In this document: piece by piece, positions 39,555 to 51,524 of the stretch
Layout: every line of letters begins with the position of its first letter
Numbering within the stretch: the stretch's first letter is position 1
Source of the DNA: Azolla caroliniana
Taxonomy: Eukaryota; Plantae; Polypodiophyta
Assembly (NCBI GenBank): GCA_043228905.1
Contig: JBHGNT010000001.1
Location: 1,550,001 to 1,614,000 of the forward strand
Length of the DNA stretch: 64,000 nucleotides
Reading direction: 5' to 3'
Program-made: the position numbers and the translations under genes
Notes under the pieces: generated by a model
What the model was told of the DNA's origin: nothing
What the model saw: only the letters and a program-made list of their open reading frames with translations
The model's database searches: none

Positions 39555-42500
39555 TCATTCTCCCAGATTCTCAGATTCCATTTTCACCTTCTCATCTTCA
39601 CCAACCACAATTCTATTGTCTTTAACATTGTCAAGTTTCTGTTGAAGCCCTAGCAGAAGATGCTCTTTATGTTGGAGTTGTCTTTGGAGAATATTGACCT
39701 ACAAATTATAAGGATAGAGTTTCACTAGCAGCTTCGAAAACTGACCTTGAAAAACACATTAAAAAAAAAAGGTACCAATTCATGCGACTGCTCTGCCTCT
39801 TCTGTAATTTCCTCAACATACTCATAAAGCTCTGAAACAAGACAAAAGTCAACCAATATTGATAGAAAGACACCCTTGAACATGAATACCAAACACACCT
39901 TGATATCCTCTTTTTAATTCAGTGTTCAAAGATTTCTGCATTGCCAGTTTGGTTCCAAGCTCATGAATCTGCAATATGCTGGAACGTTAACTCGACTGTT
40001 CTCAATGGGTAAACAAAAGACTCACATACTCAAATGGTCACAACTGACTTATCAAGAAACTCAATTTTACATGCTGACATGAGCCCTTCACAACTTACAG
40101 TTACTGGTTCAGAAATTGGTGTCAAGACATGCTTCTAGTAAACAATACCATGCACACACATGAAAAAAACAGAAATCTCTTGACAGACCTTTCCCTCTGA
40201 TGCTTCACGTCCGATCTCCTCATTCTCTTCTTGCAAAGTACGACACTTTGCCATCAACATTTTGCCATTTTTACTATGGGGTGTGAATTGAACAGCTCCA
40301 AGATCATCTTGCAACTCTTTAATTTTCTTTTCGGCTGCTTCTAATTCCTTCTGAAATTTTACAAAAGCCGCTCAATATCAATGAAAGGAACTCCAATTAA
40401 ATAAAATGTCATGATGTATCTAAAAGACCAGGATGGCCTATGACACTCAACACGGTATTACAACTGAAAATATTGTCTTTTCTATGACAACAAGAAAAGA
40501 ACCGTATGAAAATGAGTACGCAAAGACACTTTATGAAATTCCTGGGAAGACCCCCCTTCCCCCACTATCCACATGGTTCATGCCCTTGGGCCTTGAGATT
40601 CCACCTTTTTACTCTACATATGGTTACACAATTTGGTGAGGCAATAGATCATGCTGGATAAATAGTTTCACATTTTTCAATGCCCATGACAGCGTCGACG
40701 TGTGAAATGAGAGCATATCAAAGAAAATTATTAAATTTGATATATTAAAACCCAGTTACCTTCATGCGTGTAAACTCTGCATGTATAGCAGGATCCAGTA
40801 ACAATCGTCTAGCCTGAGACAACAGAGCTCATGGCATTAGGCATGCTTCCATAATCCATTTAGGTAAAAAGATTTTTTTCTATGATGCATTTTTAATTAT
40901 TGAAATTGAAGCTAATGATCAATACAAATTGTGAATGAAATTTCTGATGAGTATGACTTTCTACAAAACAAGATATCTCCCCTTTCTACATAGAGTAATA
41001 TTGTATCATGATTTCAACTTTCAAGTGTCAATACACTGAAAGAGAACTAATGCAAAAGCATGTTATAGTGTACATAAGATCATGTATTGCAAAGACTTGA
41101 AAGCCTTCAACAGAAGAGCATGTATGCACGAAAGGTCTACAAGTAAAGAAAGTACGAATGCAGTTTGAACCCATAACTGATCAGTTAGCTCATCCCTTCA
41201 AATTAGAAGCATTTCAAACTATTGTAGAAAAATCTCAAAGGAGAAAAACATACTTGTACTGCTGGAGGCTTCAACATTAACTTTAGATCATGCACCATTG
41301 TCTGCAACACAATTATAAAAATAGGTTTAGCAGTCATGTGAGGAATCCAATTTTGAAAATAACGTTACTTGCTGATATAATTATAAAATTCAACCATATG
41401 TTACTAGAAAGGAGATTGATTGAATAACAGTTATGAAAACAATTGTTTGCTGGCCTACCTGTCCAGCTTACCTTTCTGTTCAGTGCACTGAAGATCATAC
41501 GCAACCATTTTAATCAAGTTTCTATTTCTATGCTTATACTGCCTCAATTGTTTCGAAGTCAGTTGGAACGCCCAAAGGCCAGGCCATCACCATGTGTGCT
41601 CTAACAAAGGTGCTCACAAACCATGGGATTCAGGGAACTTAGTGAAGGGTCAGAAAGATCTAGCGCATGGGATAGACTTCCACTACAAACCTAACATGTA
41701 CACTAGGCGAGTTTTCTAGCAAATAATCGACAAGCCTCATCCACCATGTCAGCCACCTATACATATAAGAGAGGTCTTTGGCACTCTGGTAATTTTATTT
41801 TTGTTTCAGTATGGACAACATGAACAAATGTATGTGAAGACTTTACTCTTTCAGTATTAGTGATTTTATAGATGAATGGTTTCTTCACTAAATACAATAG
41901 TGAAACAGTAGAAGAATTTTACAGTGTAGAGAAAGAAAGCTATACGAATCATTTCATACATCTCCTTCAAATGTTTATATTTCCTAAGCTAATTTCCAGC
42001 TATGCTTTTGTAATGGGGATAAAAGAAGAAAATAGAGCTACTTCTTGCATTAAATGTGCTATTGCCAGTGAGATACAGGGTGATATCAGTACATTTTTCA
42101 TTAAATATGATTTTGTCTGTACTTATCCTTGGTCGATTTGCATCAAGGATGCCTAATTATCTGCTCAGATATATATAGCTCTGTAGCATTGTAAAATTGA
42201 AAACTCTTAATTTAATGCTAAAAATAGCATAATTTAATCTATATAAAAGCAAAAAAACAATGAAAGGGCACAAAGATAGCATATTATTCCATACAATTTA
42301 CTTGAGTCTATCACAGCACAAAATCATGACACTGACGAATTAGTGTTAGGTTTTGGAAAACTCCATGTCATAGATTTATGATACATTCATACATTCCTCT
42401 CATAGTGTGTATGGTTAGAAAGATTAACTTGGGCAAATGTCATTTGTTAGAAACTAATAAGGGTACTTCTATATGTCACTCTATGAAGGTAATATATTAT

Positions 42501-45500
42501 GAACCATGATCTAGCAGTCAAGCTCTGTATCAATCTTCGTCAATGTCGCAAGATCCTGGATTCTGTGTTTCAGGGGTAGGAATGCATCTTGGTCCTGTAT
42601 TTGGGACCTTGAATTTTGTGTTAGCTGGCATTACAAGGCCAAGATAATGCCATGTATGAGCTGGTATAGAATAATCCTTTGAAGAGGACAAAGAGCACAA
42701 AAGTTGTAAGGGCCAAAGAGGAAAAATAAAAAATGGTCAATCTGTCATTTGTAGTTACAAAGTACCTTGATGAACCACTGTTTGATACACTTTTCAGGAT
42801 CTCACAAGACTCACCACACCTCCTCTCTCTCTATTTCCATACTATATAACACTAACATATGACAAAGAAAAGATGTTTGCCTCAAAGTTTTTATCATCAA
42901 AATAGCACATTCTAGGAAAGGATTTAGCATAGCAAAACACAGATCGACAGCATGTGGATTAGATTCTACTTCTTTGAATTGCAATACTGGATCAGGAGAT
43001 AAAATACACAAATTAAAATAGTTTTGTGCATTTGGTTCAACCAAGGCATACAAAAACTGTGCAGCAAATATCACCTTGAGCTGGACAATCTGTTGCTCTT
43101 TGTTTGCAAGTTTCACAAGCATTGCACCCTCCCTCCTCTTTGCATTGAAAATCTGAACCATCAATCACCAGGGAAAAAAGATGTTGTTCAATTAGTCATA
43201 GACGTGGTAATTGAAATCTGCCTGTCAAACTATCAATTTAACTAAAAAAATTTAATCAACGAAACCTTACATAAACAAAGAAACACCTCCAGATTTTGGA
43301 CTTTAACTTAATTTCATATCCCAAAAGCTATGTCATTCCTAAACAAGGAAGTTAACTCCCAGTTGTTCACAAATATGATCTACATCACAAACCTCTCTTA
43401 GAAGGCATGGATCAAACAGATGTCCTAAATTCTGTGATGCTATGCAGTTACTCAGGATAGATAAATGAAGCAAACATATGTTAAATCTTACCATCTTCTG
43501 AGTAGACAAAAGAATTCTATCAAATTCTCACCTGGTCCTTTAATTGTCCTTCAGAAGCTTGGGACGTTAGCAGAACTTTCAAAACCGTATCTGGATCTGC
43601 ATTTTAAGGCATGAGAGTAAATCAATTTTGATATAAAAAAATGGCATCTGAATTTTCAAACTTCAATATAATTTTGTTACCTGGAGTTGTTCCAGAAGGC
43701 AGAATTGAATCATTTTGAAAAGCTTTTCTCCATCTCTCTAATTCTGAGTTTGCATGTTCATTTTGAGTCTGCATGACAAAAATGGTTGATTATTCATTAC
43801 ATAGAAAGAAAATTTGAGTCTGTTCTAATGTAGGTAAGTTTTCACTCAGACAGCGTTTTTCAAGAAACCTAGAAACCCTGTGGTTTAGAGCCATAGAATC
43901 CATCCACACAAATCCAAAGCCTGAATTCCAGTAGGCTATATATCATATACTTCAAAACACATACTACCACCAATATCAAAAAACCTACATATGATGGTGC
44001 GGTCAATAGACTTTTCCCACTTCAACTGAATTACTCTTCTTTGAAGACATCAAATCTGGAAACATGACTTTTATAATATAACAGCAAAAATACCACTCTT
44101 ACCTGTAGAGATGCAACCTTTTCGTCTCGTTCCTCTAGGCTACAAAAATAAAATATCATGTCAGCAATGTGAGTAGACAAAACTAAGAAAGGCCTTTCCA
44201 AATAAAATCAGCCCCTAATACACTCCAGAGAATACATTTCATAGAATATATTTTTCCAGTTTACACATAATGAACTTTCGTGCCTTGCTCTCAAATTTAT
44301 GATGGTGGTCGTTGCATGATCCACACCTCCTGTAAGAGTCGCTCCATACATCTGAAAATAATAAACAAAGCAACACTTGTCAAGAAGCGGAGCTGTTTCA
44401 ATACATTCAAAAAAACATATTTCCAGACAATAGAATTCAGTCAAACCTTTTTGGAAGGAAATAACTCCTCATCATCATCCTCTAGTTCACTGAAGCTTCG
44501 TTTAGCAGCTGAAATCACATATGGATACATCATGTTATTCTTCCTACTGTGCATAATAATTTGGTGTCAATATGATTTCTATCAAATACTCGGCCTACCA
44601 TTTCAACAAATATAGGAAGATAAGTGTGCTCCAAAACATGAGAATCAAGGAAAAGATATGCAAAAGCAAGGAGCAGAAAAGGATTCGAGATTATGGTTGA
44701 CACCTGTGACCATTTTATACTGACCACGCAATCTCAACTTACCTTCTTTGAAGAGTTCCAAGGGGCAAGTAAAAATAAATTATGAGAAGACATCAGTTCA
44801 AAAGGAAGTCACTCATTGAAGTTCCAAATCCTTTTTCTTGTTCAAGTTCATCTATGTTGATTTATGTTCACTTTGTCCTTTAGTTGATTGTTGCATATGA
44901 TGGTCATTGTGCATGACTATCACATGCATACTAGGGCCCAAATTATCATCTATGATGGAAACATTGAATATCACAAAGCGATCAAGTTTCACATCCACTG
45001 GCAGAAGGGCAGTGTTCACCTCCACATTTACAGACAGCATTGTAGACATCTTCACCAAAGATGACAGACCGAAGACTTTGGTTGCTCAGTTACAGATATT
45101 ATCTATTGAACCCACCACTGGTGCTTATGGGGGTTGTTAAACTCAGGATTTAGAAACAGCTAGTTAGCTATATACATTTACTAACATATTTGCTGCTAGC
45201 ATAATTAGTTGATTATGGTGATAGATAGGGCCCTAACTCAATAAATACCCTCATCTTGGCAAGTTAATTAGACCTATATAAAGGTCCCTTCCCTAGTAAT
45301 ATTCTAATTTTCTGAATTCCAATCAGCTTCCACCTCGCTTCAGACATGTGATCTTCCTTGTTTGCTCATTTGAATCTGTTTCCTGCAGGTGACTCACAAA
45401 GATTCACCTTCCCACAGGCTGCTCATGAAGTTGTACTCTTTTCTCTCAGTCTACACAAGGCTCGTACCCCTTAATGTGTTATCTCATTCCTTGCTTCTGC

Positions 45501-48101
45501 TGTCATTCTGTGAAACCATTATTGTGTTGTTTCTTAGATCCATGGATCCCCTTACAAGATTTTTACAAACATATTTCAGAACTGTACAGCTAGGAGGCAC
45601 TCTCAAACTGCATGGATAAATATATGTGCCAAAAATGGAGCTAAAGTGTCTCACACATGGGAAAAGTGTCAGGTTACCAACCCCTCATCGTCTTGGCACT
45701 TTCTCTGTCTGTGTTATATACATCCCATCACCAACTATAATCGTAGACTGAAACATTACAGAATTTCCATTATGTAGCCTTGGTGGGGTTTCCTCTTGCG
45801 TAATTTCCTCTTTCATTATGATTCATTAGAAGAACCATAGATAGTGTACTAACATACAAGTAGCTCTTTATGAAAAAAACAGCCCAACTCCATAGTTGTA
45901 GGCTGAAATCTTAGAGAATTCTCTGTCCCTTCACACTGTTGTTGCCAGTATGTGGCCAAGGTATGGTAGCTTCTTTCTCCCTTGTGGATTCCAAGTTTTT
46001 CCATTTCTGAGATTGAGTAATGCGAGATTTGACTGCTGCCAACAAAGCAGTTTAGGTGTAAATCAATAGCTTAGGTTGGCCCTCCACCACTAGTGTTGGG
46101 AAGGGCTCATGCAGCAAGCTAGCAAACAACCTTGTGCAATTAAAGAGGTGAAAAGAATGGTGATTATATCAATTAAGATGACATTAGTTTTCTTTCTCAA
46201 ATGAATAACACAAATACTGTAGGGATATCATTAAAGGTAGAGTGCCTTCACTAGCACAACACTAGTACCTCAAGATTGCATCCCCAGCCTTCCCTAATGT
46301 TGAAACTCTCATCCACAATATCCAAAACCAGATGGTTGTCAACGAATGCCTGATCAGGACCTAGACCCGGGCCGAAAAACTAAGACCATGACTAAATGAC
46401 ATTGTTTACATTTGTTGGATCCTGGAAATTGTTGAATTGTTTTTTCAAAGAAATATTCAATCACATTGCATCATCCCACAACTTGGGACAGAACATGTCG
46501 ATAATTTGGCTGTCAGTCCTTTCTCTCCTCATTATGAAAAATGAAAAAACGTGATAGGCAGAAATATATGGAACTATGATTTCCATCAAGGCAATGTGAT
46601 GGCATGATGTTAAAAACATACTGATGAGCATAGACGGCCTCCTTCACACACATATTTGAGTATTGATGAATTTTCGAATCTCTTTTCTCTCATCTGTTCA
46701 ATCCATTCAGTGTAAACTGGCAAATAGAGGATGTTGTGGCTATGCCGCAATCATGGTCAGCATACCAGTGGATTTTCTCTTTATGTATACAATTCAAGCA
46801 TAGGGCATCCACATATTGTCAATCTAATATCAACAGTAAGTCTGAATATGGAAACTCCTCAATCCTGAGACCAATATGCAGAGCACTTTGGATGATACAC
46901 ATCACAAACAAGATACAAACACTACATCTGTCACCTCCCTGACAGAGCCACATCCATAGTTTTAATCATCCCTATTTAGTTTGAGCACTGGGATTAGATA
47001 GAATCACTAAACTTACACAAGGAATCCTGGATTCCTGTGTTTCACACAACAAAGCAACAACTTATCTTCTAATGACATTTCCATTAAAAGACCTGGATTC
47101 CTTTAGATAAGTCCCCTTAAAATCCTCACGGGTTCTGCTTTTCAACTATAGTTAGCTTGTGGAAATACCTTGGTTAAGTTCTAAAATTTGGATTACCTGA
47201 AGCACAATAACCTAAATTATCCTACCTTCAGGTTACCTTAATTATGTTGCTTGACTTTATGTCCACATCCTATGAGTAAGGTTCTTTCGACAATTGAATA
47301 GGTCAATTGATAGTGTGAAAGTGAGACGTAGTCTCTAGGATGTGACCTTCCATAAAGGTAAATATTGTAAACTATCTTATGAAATCTTGTTGTTCAGCTT
47401 TCCATCAAGATGTAATTTTGAATTTTGTGTAAAGAAATGCAAATACAGGAGTAACAAGGGAACTGCATCTGGCCTTTCTTTCAAGGTAGTTAAATGGATC
47501 TTTCCTTTTGGCTAAGTTTTCTCATGCTCCTAAGCCTTGGTTCCTCGATGTCCATTGGATGGTCACAAACCTCCTTCCATTATCATCCCTTTGCCTTCAG
47601 TAGAGCTCTCTATCAGAAGTACATCTTCGATAGAAGCTCTTCACTCCACAGAAATCTTACACTTCAAACTTTTCTTTTTTTAAACCCAAACCAAACAAAT
47701 GCATCTCATCTCTCTCCTGTATTCCTGGGAAACGTGTTTTATACACGCTTCAGCTTCAAACGGAGAGGCCAAAAAAACTGCTCTTCTTTATGGAGAAGTA
47801 ACAAGTGGAAGGAAGGATGACACATACAAAAAAAACTAAAAAAATCCATAGATTTCCTTTATTGCAGTCTCGAGAGAGGACAAGTAGGAGTGTGCACCTG
47901 CGGAGGAGGAGGCGGGTTTAGGTTCCTCGGCTTCATCGCCGCCAAAGTCAAATTCGTCCTGCAAACATCCACCAAAACCGCATAATCAGACATAACTGGT
48001 AGCGTGAGTCTTCGAGATGCAGAAAGAATGCAGGAAGGGGATCAGAGAGGAAGAGAAAACGAAGAAATGCTTACATCCTCCTCGAACATGGGTGGTGTCA
48101 T
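39555..48101 (-). CDS. FIP37: FKBP12-interacting protein 37 (WTAP homolog, m6A methyltransferase complex subunit), ~339 aa
   Basis: Exons on the minus strand: 48101-48075, 47958-47898, 44508-44447, 44351-44284, 44139-44103, 43768-43681, 43596-43532, 43152-43075, 41301-41254, 40813-40760, 40350-40189, 39968-39899, 39831-39776, 39698-39555. Signature peptides DFGGD, KRSFSELEDDD, ARRLLLDPAIHAEFTRMK, AVQFTPHSKNGKMLMAKCRTLQEENEEIG and EGKIHEL. Confidence 0.95.
44860..45570 (+). mobile_element. Old copia 3' remnant (RNase H end, PPT, LTR) in FIP37 intron 2
   Basis: VDIFTK RNase H tail (~45045), purine run ATGGGGG, then TGTTAA at 45135 and CTATATAAAGG at ~45274. The right boundary is approximate. 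Confidence 0.5.
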
Positions 48102-49046
48102 GCCCCTTTCTGTCTGTCCGTCTGTCTGTCTGTCTGTCTGTCTTGTTCGGTGCTTATGGCCCAGCTATAGGTAGCAAGCCTTCGTCGTATGGAGCTCTAC
48201 CATTTGTGAATTATGGTTTTAATTCCTAACACTCTTCTTATATTGGCACGATGATATTTAGTCACAAGTACATAACCTTACAATGTTTGGGTTAAAACAC
48301 ATTTGCCTCCATCCATACATGCGTGTGAAAGGTAACGTTAACTACAATAAAGACTCTTCTTCTTTGAGCTTTTCTTATGGGGAGGAGTAGGCTCTTGCTT
48401 CATTCGTGCCGCAAAAAGTGGCATGAAAGTGGAGTTTGATTTCTACTTGCTCTCTTCATTCCATCTTCCCTGATCTAATAAATGCCTTGCTTGATCGTAG
48501 GCAAATTAGGAGTGGAGTGAGGATGTTATACCATCAAAAGTTGATTTTTCAAAAAGTTGTCTCCCATGGTTCAACCAAGCCAACATAGTGCAACCTCGAC
48601 ATTTGAGCTATAAGAAATCGGTTGCGTTTACATAAAATTTTGAATAATATGGCTCCCAAAGACAAGCGAGCCAAATCCAATTGCAACAACAATGATTCTT
48701 GTGGCTTGACAACAATGATTGGTTCTCTTTTTTATACGATTTTGTAATGTCCGTGCCATGGTGGATGAAGAGGAGTACACAAATGTGAGTAATTTTGATA
48801 TAGAGTTAGTACTAGCTTCCTTTGAATGCGAGGTATAGTGTTAAACTAAGAATTGGAGTCGGTGAGTACTTTTGGTATTTCCCAAAATAATAACTTTCTT
48901 TACCATAACAATTGTCGAAACATTTTGTTTTTTTCTTTGTGGGAACCAAATGTATCCCTATTTGAGTTTTTCCTTCAAATTCTTCTTGGATCAATATCTT
49001 TTTGACCAACATTCATTCCAATTCATAACCAAGGAGTGTTAACGAG

Positions 49047-49182
49047 TAGGGATCGGCAAAGGTTCGGTTTAGGCTTAGCCGGTTTGACCTTATCCAAGCC
49101 AAACCAACTAAGCCTAAACCGTTTTGGGGATCTCAAACCTGAACCGAACCGGTTTGTGCCGGTTTGGTAAACGGCTTGGAAA

Positions 49183-49238
<56 letters not shown>

Positions 49239-49395
49239 CTTGTTTGTTGAGTCGGTTTGGCGAGGCTCAAGCCGAGCCGAGCCGAGCTCAAACCGTTAAG
49301 GCAAGTTCAAGCCTAAACCGAGCCGAGCCGCTAAGCCGCTTTAAGCCGGCTAAGCCAAATAGTTTAGGCTTAAGCCGAGCCGTTGCCGATCCCTA
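49047..49395. mobile_element. hAT-family MITE ~950 bp upstream of FIP37
   Basis: TIRs TAGGGATCGGCAA...TTGCCGATCCCTA (about 30 bp, imperfect). 8-bp TSD TTAACGAG / TTGACGAG with one mismatch. Many subterminal AAACCG/GAGCCG motifs and an internal (CT)n tract. Confidence 0.88.
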
Positions 49396-49699
49396 TTGAC
49401 GAGTGTGGGCATCACCAATAGTGTTAAATGAAACACTCAGAAAGGGCATGTTCCATATGTACATGGAAAATCACCATTGGTAGACATTCAATGAGGAGCA
49501 CCTTTTATGTATTAATTGACAATTTTATCCACCAAACCTACATATAAACACAAATAAATTTATAGTTAGATTCCAGCTAACTTAGCAACTACCTACAAGA
49601 ACTCTTGAATGAAAGCTCAAGTTGTCAATTTTAATTTGAAAGCTAATCAACTAGTACTTGAATATACAAAGTTAAACACTATGTTATGGATTTATATGA

Positions 49700-50910
49700 C
49701 TATTGTAAAGCTACATTAGTTGTGAAAAGGTTATGCCCAAACGAAAGGAGTCATTTACAAAGAAACTTTTACACCCACTAGTCATGTAACATGTGAGGTT
49801 CATGGTTGCTTTGGTTGGAAATAACATTACATGGATGCAACAATTGCATTTCTATATGGTGATTAATTAAAGATTTTGATTTGATATGTGGTGCCAAGTG
49901 AACATGGCAATGTTGCATGGTTTAAAGCAAGCTCCTCGTATTTGGTATCCAACGGTCAATGCTCATTTCTCTTCTCATGATTGTACAAAAAATATTGCAA
50001 AGTTAACCTTCTATGTCTTCAATGAAGGCAATGAGATTGTGCTTGTAAATTTATTTGTGAATGATATTATAACGATATGTGATAATGAAGACTAGATTAT
50101 AAAAGTAAAGTATTATTTGAAAACACAGTTGATATGGTATATTTGAGTATGCTATAATGCTTTCTCGGATATTTGAGTTTAAGCGTTCCATTGTTCCACT
50201 TACAAATATTTTAATGATATTCCGGGAAGGTTTGATATGTTGCCTTGCAATTTCATTACCAATGTATAAAAGTTATACATAGTATTCGTGAATATGAAGA
50301 AAGAAATGATGTTGACACTACTTTATATAAGTGTATTGTTTTACGAATGCTACACTAGACCATGTACTCGTTCAATATTCTTTGCTTAGTTGCTACATGT
50401 TGGACCCCACGTCTTCTCACTTGACAATAATGAAGAGAATTACAATGATGAGATATCTAAATGGGCTCAAACATTTGCTTTGTGATATAGCAAATCCAAT
50501 ACTCTTGATTGTATTGGATTTTGTGATTTAGTTCGGGCTTACTAATAAAGATGATTGCAAGTCCACCTATCAACTTTTGTTTACTTTTTGGAACTTCACT
50601 AACATCCCCAATAAGCAAGAAGGGAAGCATAATAGCAACTCCAATTTGTGAAATGGAATATAAAGCTTTATCCGTTGCTACAGTTGAAGTGATATTGCTA
50701 AGAAGGCCCTTTTGCCATACACACATTCAAAATTTGGAGCTTACAACTATCTTTTGTGATGGTTGAAGTGCAATTAATGTTGTTGACAACTCAACCTTTA
50801 ATAAACATATCAAACACTTCGAAGTTTACGTTCATCATGTCCTTGAATAAATTCAAAAAGGTATGACAAAAGTCAAGAGAGTGTAGTGGATATCTTTACC
50901 AAACTTCAAA
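49700..50910 (+). mobile_element. Degenerate Ty1/copia RT-RNase H relic
   Basis: Fragments HGLKQAPRIWY, LFVNDII, ICEMEYKALSVATVEVILLRR, TTIFCD, KHIKHFEV and DIFTK, with many frameshifts. Confidence 0.8.
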
Positions 50911-51524
50911 GCACTCTTTCACAATAAGCTTGAAATATTCAAGCATATTTTGGCCATGAAAGAGATGGTGTCAACACAAAGAAAGAGATTAGATATTGTG
51001 CAAAAGATAATCTTATGTCTTTAGATATTCTATTGTTAGAAACATCGCTTGTGGCAATGTTATCTAGAATCATGCATATTGTACATGCATGGGTTGTCAT
51101 ATAAAGAATTGTACCATTGCTCGACATAAAGACAATTGAAAATAGTGCAATTTAGAGTAGTTTCCATTTTGTTTCCGTCTAGTTATTCATAATTGGTCTT
51201 GAGATACCCCCCCACAAATGGACAATTTCAAGACCTTGCATTCTACTAAACATTATTGTGATGCGGCATGTCCAAAGAGCGAGGTAATAACAAAGCATAG
51301 CTCAAACGGAAAAGGCTATTTGTTGGAATAATTGGGTTAGCATTTCAATACTTGCTAAAGGGGTAAAAGGGTTTAATGCCATGCTCTTTTCATTCTTAAC
51401 CATATCACGATACTTAAGAAATTTGATAGGCAAACCTAACATACCACGACCCAATATGACCCAAAAAGAGTAGTTAGTTATTCATGCCAAATTTTGTTCT
51501 TTCATTGCTTGTACTGTGGGGGTG

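Noticed and set aside
46080-46950. Possible gypsy integrase relic in FIP37 intron 2
   Set aside because: Only faint motif traces; not supportable by eye.
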